A stretch of DNA of 50,255 nt from Chloroflexi bacterium RBG_16_56_11. GTDB taxonomy: Bacteria; Chloroflexota; Dehalococcoidia; Dehalococcoidales; RBG-16-60-22. The stretch lies in assembly GCA_001796865.1 (NCBI GenBank), contig MGNQ01000019.1:4472-54726 (forward strand). The letters run 5' to 3'. A program made the position numbers and the translations under genes. Every line of letters starts with the position of its first letter. Position 1 is the stretch's first letter. Positions 25,962 to 35,011 of this stretch are shown here, piece by piece. A model generated the notes under the pieces. That model saw only the letters and a program-made list of their open reading frames with translations, was not told the origin of the DNA and ran no database searches.

Positions 25962-28900
25962 CTATTTCCCCCCGGCGGACACGGTAGCGTAGGTCATTTC
26001 GTAGAGCCGGGCGTAGAGACCGCCCCGGGCCAGAAGGTCTTCGTGTTTCCCCTCTTCAACGATGCGCCCTCCGTCCAGCACCAGGATACGGTCGGCGTTG
26101 CGGACGGTCGAAAGCCGGTGGGCAATGACGATGGCCGTCCTCCCCACCAGCAGGTGCTTCAGAGCCTCCTGCAATACCTGTTCGCTGTATGAGTCCATGT
26201 TAGCGGTGGCCTCGTCCAGCAGCAAGATGGCCGGCTCGGCCAGGAGCGCCCGGGCCAGGCTGACAAGCTGCCGCTGTCCCATGCTCAGGTTCTGTCCCCG
26301 CTCCTGGAGCACGGTATCGTATCCCTTCTCCATGTTAATGATGAAGCGGTGCGCGCCTACCGTCGTGGCCGCGGCGACAATCTCAGCCTCGGAGGCCGCT
26401 AATCTCCCGTAGCGGATGTTGTCCCGGATGGTCCCGGAGAACAGGAAGGGGTCCTGGAGGACCAGTCCCAGCTGGCCCCGGTAAGCTGCCGGGTTCATCT
26501 CGCATATGTCCCGGCCGTCTACCAGTATGCTCCCGCCGCTGACATCGTAAAAGCGGGCAATCAGGCTCATCACAGTGCTCTTGCCGGCGCCCGTCGGCCC
26601 GACCAGCGCCGCCGTCTCTCCCGGGGCGACCCGGAAACTGATATTATGCAGGACGTCCGGCCCTTTCTCGTAGTGGAAAGTCACGTCTTCGAACCTGATT
26701 TCGCCCTGCAAGCGCTGAGGTTTAACACCGGGGGAGGCGCCATCGGCCTCCGTCCTCACGTCCAGCAGTTCGAAGATGCGTGCCCCGGAGGCCATGGCCC
26801 GCTGGAGCTGGGTATACTCCATCGTCAGTGTCCGGATGGGGTCGAAGAACTGCTGGATATACAACATGAAGGCTACCAGGGTGCCGACCAGTATGGCCCC
26901 CTGGAGCACGCTTAGCCCGCCGAAGACGATTGTGAGTGCCGTGGCGATGGCTACCAGCGTCTCCACCAGCGGCATCATGGCGGCGGACTCCCGCGCCGCG
27001 ACCAGGTTCGCCTTGAGATTGTCGCGGTTGACGCGGTCGAAGTGCTCCGAGTTTAATTTTTCGCGGGACAAGCTCTGGATAATCCTGACACCGGTGATGT
27101 TTTCCTGGAGCGAGGCGTTGACCGCTGATAGGGACTGCCGGGCGCGTATGAAAGAAAGACGTGCCCGCTTTTGCCAGACGACGATAAACCAGAAGAGGAG
27201 CGGTATAACAGAGAGGCTGACCACGGCGAGTTTCAGGTCCATGCCCAGCATCACCACCACGATGGCCACCAGGCTGACAATCTCCCCGATGACCCAGAAG
27301 GCCCCGGAGTCGAGAAAGTCGCCCAGCTCACCCACGTCGTCCTGGGCGCGGGACATGACCCGGCCCGCCTCGTTGTGGTCGAAAAAGCTGATGTGGAAGC
27401 GCTGCAGCCGACTGAAGACCTGCCGGCGGAGTCGCAGCAGTATTCCCTGCCCGATGACCGCTTCCGCCCGTATCTGCCCCCAGTAGGAAATCCCGTGCAG
27501 CGCGGCGTTGCCCAGGAAAAGCAGGATGGCCAGGTTCAGCCCGGCGAGATTACCCGCCACGATGTAGTTGTTGATGGCCGTACCCACCAGGTAAGGGCTG
27601 GCCACGATGGTGGCGGTGTAGAACAGCGTCGCGATAATGGTCAGGGTCACGGCCACCTTGTGTGGCTTGAAATACCCGGCCATGCGCCCGACGACCCGCG
27701 TATCGTAAGGGCTCCCGAAAACGATGTCGTCCGAGTCGCTGAGGCTATCGCTGAAGCGGCCCCGCCGCGCCGGGGAGACGGCGCCTTCCGGGACGGGCGC
27801 CGCCGGCTCCGCGGCTTCCGCCGGTCCTTCGGCGGCGGGCTGCCAGCCTTCCTGGTACTGGAACTGCAAGTTATAAAGCCGGTAGTAAATGCCCTCGCGG
27901 TCGATGAGCTCCCGGTGGGTGCCCCGTTCCACGATGCGGCCGCCCTCCAGCACCAGGATAAGGTCGGCCATCTGGACGGAGCGTAGCCGCTGGGCGATGA
28001 TGAACGTCGTGCGTCCGGCCAGCAGGGCGTTCAGGGCCTGCCGGATAAGGAGCTCGGTCTCCATGTCCACGCTGGAGGTGGCGTCGTCCATGATGATGAT
28101 GCGGGGATCGAGCAGCAGGGTCCGGGCGATGGCCAGCCGCTGCTTCTGGCCACCGGAGAGGGTGATTCCCCGCTCCCCCACCCAGGTCTCGTACCCCTCG
28201 GGCAGGCCGGCGATAAAATCGTGCAGGTGGGCGATTTTCGAGGCGCGGATAATCTCCTCCATCGTGGCATCCGGCTTGCCGTAGGCGATGTTCTCCCGGA
28301 TGGTCGCCGAAAACAGGAAGGTGTCCTGGTGCACCATGCCGACATTGCGCCGCAAGGACTCCAGAGTCAGGTCGCGTATGTCCGTCCCGTCGATGGTGAT
28401 GCGACCGCCGCTGACATCGTAAAAACGCGGGATGAGGTTGGCGACGGTTGATTTCCCGCTGCCGCTGGCGCCAACGAGAGCGACTATCTGGCCCGGCTTG
28501 ACCTCGAAATCGACGTCACGGATGGCCGGCTGCTGCGAGTCATAGCTGAAAGTAACATTTTCGAAGCTGACCGCGCCCTTGATGCCCCTGAACTCGAGCG
28601 CCCCGGGCCTCTCCTCGACGGCCGATACCTCGTCCAGTACTTCGAACACCCTCTGCCCCGAGGACATGGCGCGGGAGTAGAGCTGCACCAGCCAGCCGAG
28701 CATCCTCACCGGCATGTTGAGCATTACCACGTAGAGCAGGAACTGGGCCATCTGTCCCTCGGTGATAACACCTCCAACCACCAGCCGGCCGCCGTACCAG
28801 AGTATGCCGCCCATCGCCAGCAGCAGCGCGAAGCTCATTACCGGGCTATTGGTGGCCAGCAGCTTGCTCACGTTTATCTCCAGCCCATAGTTCTCCCGGG

Positions 28901-29573
28901 CCTGGCGCAGGAACTTATCCGTCTCGTAGTCCTCGCGGGCGAAGGCCCGCACCACTTTGGCGCCAACGATGCTCTCCTGGAACATCGTGCCGAGCGACCC
29001 CAGCCCCTGCTGTATCTTCATGAACATGACGCGGAGCTTCTGCCCGATGACGATGGTGCGGAAGGAGATAAAGGGAACGACGCAGAGACTGATGAGCGCC
29101 AGCTTCCAGTTGAGGGCGAAAAGCACCGCCGCGATGGCTATCAGCAGTACCAGGAAATAGGCGCCGCGGAGGAGCGCGTAGCCGACGAACATGCGCACCC
29201 CTTCCACATCCGAGGTCGCCCGGGACATGAGCTGGCCCGTCTGGGAGCGGTCGTGGAAGGCGTAGCTGAGCTTCTGCAGGCTGTTGTACATCATGTTGCG
29301 GAGGTCGTAGGCCACCCGTTGTGAGAGCGCCTCCGCCAGGTACGACTGCCCGTAATTCAACACGCCCCGGAGTATGCCGGACGCGCCGATGGCGACGGCC
29401 AGGTAGACCAGCACGCCCGTCTGTCCCGAGCCCAGTGCCAGGTCGATGGCACGGCCGGTGAGCAGCGGAATCGCCATGGACAGGGCCGCCCCCACGATTA
29501 GGAAGACGTAGGCGAGGGCAGCCAGCCGCCGGTACTTCCAGAAAAGGGCCGCAATCCGCAGAAAAATACGCAT
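25962..29573 (-). CDS. Single-polypeptide ABC exporter (TMD-NBD-TMD-NBD, a fused heterodimer type)
   Basis: There are two six-helix TMDs. NBD1: GASGSGKST, LSGGQKQR, IIIMDDATSSVD. NBD2: GPTGAGKST, LSMGQRQL, ILLLDEATANMD. A Pro/Ala/Glu-rich linker joins the halves. Confidence 0.9.
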   Translation of the reverse strand: MRIFLRIAALFWKYRRLAALAYVFLIVGAALSMAIPLLTGRAIDLALGSGQTGVLVYLAVAIGASGILRGVLNYGQSYLAEALSQRVAYDLRNMMYNSLQKLSYAFHDRSQTGQLMSRATSDVEGVRMFVGYALLRGAYFLVLLIAIAAVLFALNWKLALISLCVVPFISFRTIVIGQKLRVMFMKIQQGLGSLGTMFQESIVGAKVVRAFAREDYETDKFLRQARENYGLEINVSKLLATNSPVMSFALLLAMGGILWYGGRLVVGGVITEGQMAQFLLYVVMLNMPVRMLGWLVQLYSRAMSSGQRVFEVLDEVSAVEERPGALEFRGIKGAVSFENVTFSYDSQQPAIRDVDFEVKPGQIVALVGASGSGKSTVANLIPRFYDVSGGRITIDGTDIRDLTLESLRRNVGMVHQDTFLFSATIRENIAYGKPDATMEEIIRASKIAHLHDFIAGLPEGYETWVGERGITLSGGQKQRLAIARTLLLDPRIIIMDDATSSVDMETELLIRQALNALLAGRTTFIIAQRLRSVQMADLILVLEGGRIVERGTHRELIDREGIYYRLYNLQFQYQEGWQPAAEGPAEAAEPAAPVPEGAVSPARRGRFSDSLSDSDDIVFGSPYDTRVVGRMAGYFKPHKVAVTLTIIATLFYTATIVASPYLVGTAINNYIVAGNLAGLNLAILLFLGNAALHGISYWGQIRAEAVIGQGILLRLRRQVFSRLQRFHISFFDHNEAGRVMSRAQDDVGELGDFLDSGAFWVIGEIVSLVAIVVVMLGMDLKLAVVSLSVIPLLFWFIVVWQKRARLSFIRARQSLSAVNASLQENITGVRIIQSLSREKLNSEHFDRVNRDNLKANLVAARESAAMMPLVETLVAIATALTIVFGGLSVLQGAILVGTLVAFMLYIQQFFDPIRTLTMEYTQLQRAMASGARIFELLDVRTEADGASPGVKPQRLQGEIRFEDVTFHYEKGPDVLHNISFRVAPGETAALVGPTGAGKSTVMSLIARFYDVSGGSILVDGRDICEMNPAAYRGQLGLVLQDPFLFSGTIRDNIRYGRLAASEAEIVAAATTVGAHRFIINMEKGYDTVLQERGQNLSMGQRQLVSLARALLAEPAILLLDEATANMDSYSEQVLQEALKHLLVGRTAIVIAHRLSTVRNADRILVLDGGRIVEEGKHEDLLARGGLYARLYEMTYATVSAGGK

Positions 29574-29624
29574 TTAATACTATGTTAGCATAACGGGGCT
29601 TTGAGGTTGTATAATATCCGCCGT

Positions 29625-30350
29625 ATGCACCGCTTTCACACCGATAAGGTTGACGGGGATACCGCTTCTATTTCGGATGCCGCTCAGCTCCACCATCTCC
29701 GGGATGTGTTGCGCCTGAAAGCCAGGGACGGGGTCGCCCTCTTCGACGGCCGGGGTAACGAGTACGAAGGCGTCATCAGCCGGATAGACAGGCAAAAAGC
29801 CCTCGTCAAAATCACCGCCGCGGTAACCCCCCGCCTGAAAAAGACAAAAATTACCGTGGCTTGCGCGGTACCCAAAGGGTCGACCCTGGACGACATTATC
29901 GACTACCTGACTCAACTGGGAGTCGACGCTATTGTCCCCATGATGACGGCGAGGGTTGTCGTCAGGCTGGACGGGGGCAGGAGAGAGTCGCGCCTCGAGC
30001 GCTGGCGGAAAATCGCTGCCAGCGCCGCCCGTCAGAGCCAGCGGAGCGAGTTCCCCGTCATCGAGGCGATAACGGATATAGAAGCGGTCATCTCCCGCGC
30101 CGCTGAATTCGACCTCAGGCTGATACCTACCCTGTCCGGCGAAAGAAGACCTCTGAAAGACATCCTCGCCGAATCCAGCCCTGAAAATATCCTGGTCATG
30201 ATTGGCCCGGAAGGCGATTTTACTCCGGAGGAAGTGGAACAGGCGCGGCGTGCGGGCTTTGTCCCGGCAACACTGGGGGACACCGTCCTGCGCGTGGCCA
30301 CGGCGGCGGTGGCCGTTGCCGGCTACATCAGGCTGGCGCTGGGGGAATAA
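29625..30350 (+). CDS. rsmE: 16S rRNA (uracil1498-N3)-methyltransferase
   Basis: MHRFH start. Contains the PUA-like N-terminus, IGPEGDFTPEE and LGDTVLRVATAA, typical of RsmE. Confidence 0.85.
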   Translation: MHRFHTDKVDGDTASISDAAQLHHLRDVLRLKARDGVALFDGRGNEYEGVISRIDRQKALVKITAAVTPRLKKTKITVACAVPKGSTLDDIIDYLTQLGVDAIVPMMTARVVVRLDGGRRESRLERWRKIAASAARQSQRSEFPVIEAITDIEAVISRAAEFDLRLIPTLSGERRPLKDILAESSPENILVMIGPEGDFTPEEVEQARRAGFVPATLGDTVLRVATAAVAVAGYIRLALGE

Positions 30351-30661
30351 GCGGTTATCAGTCCCCATAATAACTGGGGGTCAGACGATACAGACATGGG
30401 AGTGACCGGGAAGGAGAATCGGAAGACCGCTCTTCCAGAGACGGCGGAGAGGACGAGCCCGATAATAACTACTCCCGCAGCGATGATGGGAACGGGGAGG
30501 AGCACATCGATTAATAACGTTCCGCTATCTTTGGCCCTGCGTTGAGCGGTGGTGGGGTTCTACCCGGTTCGTGGGATACGCCCCAACATACATGGGGGGA
30601 CAAGCTAGTAATGGCATCATTGAGTGTCCCGCTTCTCTATCTGCATACGCCTTTTTACGCT

Positions 30662-31831
30662 TTACCGTCGAGTTTGCGGCAGATAACGCGGAGGTTTGTC
30701 CGCGGCGGGTTGGGTATAATCAAAGCCTTCAAGAGTCAGACGCTCCAGCGGTCCTTCGAGAATTTGCTCGAGGTCGAGTATCTTATCCTCGTCAGCGCTG
30801 GTTACGAAAGTCAAAGCGTCACCGCTTTTATTTACTCTTCCGGTACGCCCGATGCGGTGGATGTAATTGTCCGTGTTTTCGGGCATATCGTAGTTAATAA
30901 CGTGAGAAATCCTTAAAACGTCAATGCCGCGGGCAGCGATATCGGTAGCGACCAGGATTTTAAACGAACCGGTTCGGAATCCTTCAATTGCGGCCTGGCG
31001 CCGGTGCTGCGGCAGGTTACCCTGCAGTGATGTTACCCGGTAGCCTGCCTTTACCAGTTGTTGTGCCACGCGCTCGGCGCGGTGTTTGGTCCGTGTAAAA
31101 ACAAGCACCGATTCCGTCTTGGTTTTCTTTAAAATTTCTTTCAATAGCGCCGTCTTGAGGTGCTGCTTTACCGGGTAAAGGGCATGTGATACCGTTTTGG
31201 CCGGCAAAGTCCGGCCGATTTGTACGGTAATGGGGTCGTGCAGGATTTCCCGTACCAGTTGGCGGATGGCGGTGGGCATCGTAGCTGAAAAAAGTAATGT
31301 CTGGTGTTTCTGCAGGATGCACCCCAAAATGTTCCGGACGTCGGGTAGAAAACCCATGTCGAACATGCGGTCGGCCTCGTCGATGACGAGGATTTCCAGT
31401 TCCGACAAACTGAGAGTCCCTTTCCAGAGGTGGTCGAGTAAACGACCTGGACAGGCTACGGCGATTTCTACGCCCCTGCGTAGCTCCCGTATTTGTTGTT
31501 CCATGCCAACCCCGCCGTAGATAGCGACACTCCGCAGTCCGGTGTTGCTCCCCAGCTCGTTGAAAACCTCATTTGTCTGATCCGCCAGTTCCCGCGTTGG
31601 CGATATTATCAGGGCGCGCACACTTCCCCGCTGGTCTGATCTCAACAGCTGTAAAATTGGAAGCACGAACGCAGCTGTCTTACCGGTGCCGGTCTGGGCC
31701 AGGCCGATGACATCGCGTCCTTGTAAAATCAGCGGGATGGCCTGTAACTGGATTGGCGTTGGTGTGGCGTATCCGAGGGCCCGTATACCGGCCATGATGC
31801 TCGGATGAAAATTAAAGGTATCGAAATTCAT
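30662..31831 (-). CDS. DEAD-box ATP-dependent RNA helicase (RhlE/CshA-like)
   Basis: RBS AAGGAG. Contains the Q-motif TPTPIQ, AQTGTGKT, DEAD, SAT and HRIGRTGR. Confidence 0.92.
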   Translation of the reverse strand: MNFDTFNFHPSIMAGIRALGYATPTPIQLQAIPLILQGRDVIGLAQTGTGKTAAFVLPILQLLRSDQRGSVRALIISPTRELADQTNEVFNELGSNTGLRSVAIYGGVGMEQQIRELRRGVEIAVACPGRLLDHLWKGTLSLSELEILVIDEADRMFDMGFLPDVRNILGCILQKHQTLLFSATMPTAIRQLVREILHDPITVQIGRTLPAKTVSHALYPVKQHLKTALLKEILKKTKTESVLVFTRTKHRAERVAQQLVKAGYRVTSLQGNLPQHRRQAAIEGFRTGSFKILVATDIAARGIDVLRISHVINYDMPENTDNYIHRIGRTGRVNKSGDALTFVTSADEDKILDLEQILEGPLERLTLEGFDYTQPAADKPPRYLPQTRR

Positions 31832-31973
31832 ATAACTCCTTTGGGTGAATACCGGTCAAGTACCCGGGTTACTGGTATAAAGCCGCCGGGTTGAGATTGC
31901 TCATGTTCCTCAGCGAAGAGTGTAAACGCGGTACTGTGAAGGAAATCCTGGAGGGACTTGTCTTGAAAATATA

Positions 31974-32019
31974 TTGGATGACCTCTCTCTTTTTACCAGT
32001 TAGAGTTCGGGTCATCCAA
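31974..32019 (-). promoter_or_regulatory. Leader hairpin in the helicase 5' UTR (copy of the element at 32315-32361)
   Basis: 10-bp stem ttggatgacc / ggtcatccaa. The loop is homologous, as its reverse complement, to the loop at 32324-32352. Confidence 0.5.
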
Positions 32020-32088
32020 CACTCAGGAAAACTCTGTGAGAATAACTTTCGAGAAGCTTGTTATAACCTAAACTAGAACTTAATTGTT

Positions 32089-32117
32089 ATTATACCATAA
32101 ATAACATAATCCCGCAA
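32089..32117 (-). promoter_or_regulatory. Sigma70-like promoter for the DEAD-box helicase
   Basis: On the minus strand: TTGCGG, a 17-nt spacer, then TATAAT. Confidence 0.45.
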
Positions 32118-32220
32118 TTGGCATCGCATTCCGGTTACACGAGAGCTTCAGCGAAGGCAGTGGGCAGGCATTCCGGAACGGATTACATCCAGACGTTGAT
32201 AAGACCTCGTATTTGAAAAC

Positions 32221-32249
32221 TTGCAAAAAGAGTTATTTTGATATATAAT
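32221..32249 (+). promoter_or_regulatory. Sigma70-like promoter for the zinc-ribbon gene
   Basis: TTGCAA (32221-32226), a 17-nt spacer, then TATAAT (32244-32249). Confidence 0.5.
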
Positions 32250-32314
32250 ATGTTTATAGTTCCAGTTTAGGTTAATACCGACTTCTTGAAATCCCCATAA
32301 TTCCTATCAAGTAT

Positions 32315-32361
32315 TGGATGACCCGAGCTCTAACTAAATTGCGAAGAGAGGAGGTCATCCG
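32315..32361 (+). promoter_or_regulatory. Leader hairpin occluding part of the Shine-Dalgarno sequence of the zinc-ribbon gene
   Basis: Stem tggatgacc / ggtcatccg. The 3' arm overlaps GAGGAGG (32348-32354) and ends 1 nt before the ATG at 32362. Confidence 0.5.
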
Positions 32362-32688
32362 ATGAGTTTCGAGGACAAGACCTTGGAGTGTTCCGATTGC
32401 AGTACTGCGTTCACCTTTAGCGCTGGCGAGCAGGAGGAGTTTCGGTCCAGGGGTTATTCCAACCAGCCCAAACGCTGCCCCGAATGCCGTCAGGCAAGGA
32501 AATCAGAACGCTACGGAAATACTGCTGGTAGCTATGGAAATAGCGGCTCTACCTATTCACCCGGGCGTCAGATGTTCCCGGCCGTATGCTCCGATTGCGG
32601 CAAGTCAACTTCTGTGCCTTTTGAACCCCGCCAGGGCCGGCCGGTCTATTGCAGCGATTGCTATCGAAAAGTAAAAACGAGCAGGTAA
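32362..32688 (+). CDS. Zinc-ribbon protein with two CxxC...CxxC modules (zf-trcl-like)
   Basis: Contains LECSDCSTAFTFSAGEQEEF...RCPECRQARK and CSDCGKSTSVPFEP..GRPVYCSDCY. Confidence 0.75.
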   Translation: MSFEDKTLECSDCSTAFTFSAGEQEEFRSRGYSNQPKRCPECRQARKSERYGNTAGSYGNSGSTYSPGRQMFPAVCSDCGKSTSVPFEPRQGRPVYCSDCYRKVKTSR

Positions 32689-32705
32689 TTTGCTTCGTTA
32701 GGGAA

Positions 32706-32740
32706 ATACACGGGGCCGGAAACCTCCGGCCCCCGTGTAT
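32706..32740 (+). terminator. GC-rich hairpin after the zinc-ribbon gene
   Basis: atacacggggccgga-aacc-tccggcccccgtgtat gives a ~14-bp stem with a 1-nt bulge. No clear U-tract follows. Confidence 0.45.
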
Positions 32741-32779
32741 ACCCAGCACGGCCGGGATTAACTGTAAGGGGGGCTATTC

Positions 32780-33160
32780 ATGATTGACAAGAAGCCGAGG
32801 AGAACTATCATTTTCGGTGGGCAGGATGAAGACTTCATTAAGAAACTCGCCGGGGACATCGGCTGCCATTATTCGAAGGCGAATGAGCGTACTTACAATT
32901 TGAACAGATTTAACTCCGATGTGCACGGTGAAATGGGCATTTTCGCCTGGGTTCATAAAGAAGATAGCGATTATTTCTGGGTAGCAACGCGAAAGAGCTG
33001 GGTGGAACAGGCAAGGTCAAAAGAACTGGCTGGAAGAAAGTACGGACTGAGCTGTTTCCCCAGAGACACCCAGCGTGCCGAAGATAGCGTCTGTTTTGAC
33101 ACAAAAAACGATTACCAGAATGCCGTGAGAGCATTAAGCTTGATTAATAAAGCGGCTTAG
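32780..33160 (+). CDS. Hypothetical protein
   Basis: A 126-aa ORF with RBS AAGGGGGG. No family was recognised. Confidence 0.5.
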   Translation: MIDKKPRRTIIFGGQDEDFIKKLAGDIGCHYSKANERTYNLNRFNSDVHGEMGIFAWVHKEDSDYFWVATRKSWVEQARSKELAGRKYGLSCFPRDTQRAEDSVCFDTKNDYQNAVRALSLINKAA

Positions 33161-33295
33161 ACCATGGCTTATCAGAGAGTACCCGCCAAGGTTACGATGG
33201 TTTTATGGCTGGCATTTTCAGGGTTGTGCAATCGGGTACACGACCATGCGACATCGCCGGGATAAAACCGCCTTTTTCTTAAACGGAGAATCAAT

Positions 33296-34831
33296 ATGAA
33301 GATACTTCTTGTTTATCCTCGGTATCCCGACACCTTCTGGAGCTTCAGACACGCACTGAAGTTCTTATCCAAGAAGGCTTCCTTTCCACCTCTGGGACTC
33401 CTGACGGTCGCCGCCATGCTTCCCGCCGGGTGGGAGAAAAAGCTGGTAGATTTAAATGTATGCGCCTTGAACGATGAAGATATAGAATGGGCTGATTACG
33501 TCTTCCTCAGCTCCATGGTAGTGCAGAAGACTTCGGCGGGCGAAGTAATAGAAAGGTGTCGCAACCTAAATACCAGCGTGGTGGCCGGTGGCCCGCTTTT
33601 CACGACCGGATACGAAGAGTTTGAGGGAGTGGACCACTTTGTGCTGGGTGAAGCCGAAGTCACGCTTCCGCCCTTTTTAGCTGACCTAGCCAAAGGTCAG
33701 CCCCGGCACATCTACTCATCAGACGAACGGCCGGACATAAGCCAAACGCCCGCCCCGCTGTGGTCGCTTATCAACATGAAGCACTACTCGGCGATGAGTC
33801 TCCAGTACTCACGCGGTTGCCCTTTCGACTGCGAATTTTGCGATATTACTCTGTTAAATGGCCATGAACCCCGGACCAAAAGCCGGCAACAGATGGTCGA
33901 TGAGCTGGAGGCACTCTACCGCCGGGGCTGGCGGGGCAGTCTATTTATCGTCGACGACAATTTCATAGGTAATAGGAGAAAATTAAAAACCGAGACCTTA
34001 CCGGCCATGATTCAATGGTCGAGGCAGAAAAAATACCCTTTCGTGTTCTTCACCGAAGCATCTATTAATCTCGCTGATGATGAGGAGTTGATGGACCTCA
34101 TGGCGGAGGCCGGTTTTAACCGGGTCTTTGTCGGCATTGAGACTCCGAATGAAGAAAGTCTGGTGGAATGTAACAAGCAACAAAATAGAAACCGGGACCT
34201 GGCGGCCGCGGTGAAGCTAATTCAGAACCATGGTTTTGAAGTTCAGGGAGGCTTCATCCTCGGATTTGATAGCGACCCGGCCTCCATCTTTAATAAACAA
34301 ATACACTTTATTCAAAAGACTGGAATCGTTACGGCCATGGTCGGTTTGCTCAATGCCCCCAACGGAACAAAACTCTATAAGCGGCTCAAAAAGGAAAACC
34401 GCTTGATCAGAGACATGTCCGGGGATAACACGGATTTTTCCATTAATTTCGTTCCCAAAATGCAATATGAAACTCTCGTGGCCGGATATAAGCACGTCCT
34501 CGACACAATCTATTCGCCCCGCCATTATTATGAGCGGGTCGTTACCTTCCTGAAGGAATACCGGCCGCGCAAGACGGCCGGGATATCGCAGCTACGGTTC
34601 AATCATATCACCGGTTTTATTAAATCAATGTGGTTCTTAGGTATCTGGAATAAAGGGAGGCGGTATTACTGGAGACTCCTTATTTCGACTCTCCTGAAAC
34701 GTCCACGTCATTTCCCGTTATCAATTAGTCTCTCAGTCTCAGGGTTCCACTTCCGACGGGTGGCCGAGGGTTATAACAGGGCTGTTCTCGCCCTCCGCCA
34801 TCAAGGCGCCAATAAAGCCCTGCCCCTTTAG
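33296..34831 (+). CDS. B12-binding domain radical SAM protein (class B, with a DUF4070-like C-terminal region)
   Basis: N-terminus KILLVYPRYPDTFWSF...PPLGLLTVAAML (B12-binding-like). Radical SAM motif CPFDCEFC. Confidence 0.85.
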   Translation: MKILLVYPRYPDTFWSFRHALKFLSKKASFPPLGLLTVAAMLPAGWEKKLVDLNVCALNDEDIEWADYVFLSSMVVQKTSAGEVIERCRNLNTSVVAGGPLFTTGYEEFEGVDHFVLGEAEVTLPPFLADLAKGQPRHIYSSDERPDISQTPAPLWSLINMKHYSAMSLQYSRGCPFDCEFCDITLLNGHEPRTKSRQQMVDELEALYRRGWRGSLFIVDDNFIGNRRKLKTETLPAMIQWSRQKKYPFVFFTEASINLADDEELMDLMAEAGFNRVFVGIETPNEESLVECNKQQNRNRDLAAAVKLIQNHGFEVQGGFILGFDSDPASIFNKQIHFIQKTGIVTAMVGLLNAPNGTKLYKRLKKENRLIRDMSGDNTDFSINFVPKMQYETLVAGYKHVLDTIYSPRHYYERVVTFLKEYRPRKTAGISQLRFNHITGFIKSMWFLGIWNKGRRYYWRLLISTLLKRPRHFPLSISLSVSGFHFRRVAEGYNRAVLALRHQGANKALPL

Positions 34832-35011
34832 GCGTCCTAGAAGTTCGCATTCTGGAATATTAGGACTCCTTTTTCCAGGGAGAGACCGGCGCTCCTCCGT
34901 CTCCACCATCAATCGATTGCCCAAGAAAATAATCGCCGAAAACGACAGAGTGAGGCTGTATTATAATCTCCCGATGCCTCCCGATGGAAAGAATGAAGAC
35001 ACCACGGACAG

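Noticed and set aside
30323-30505. 60-aa hydrophobic ORF between rsmE and the helicase (minus strand)
   Set aside because: It overlaps the rsmE 3' end by 28 nt, has no RBS and no recognisable family. The 310-nt convergent spacer also gave no convincing sRNA or terminator structure.
31869-31904. 11-codon uORF in the helicase leader, considered as a separate feature
   Set aside because: The GAGGA-to-ATG spacing is only ~2 nt, and nothing is known about conservation. It is mentioned only inside the leader finding.
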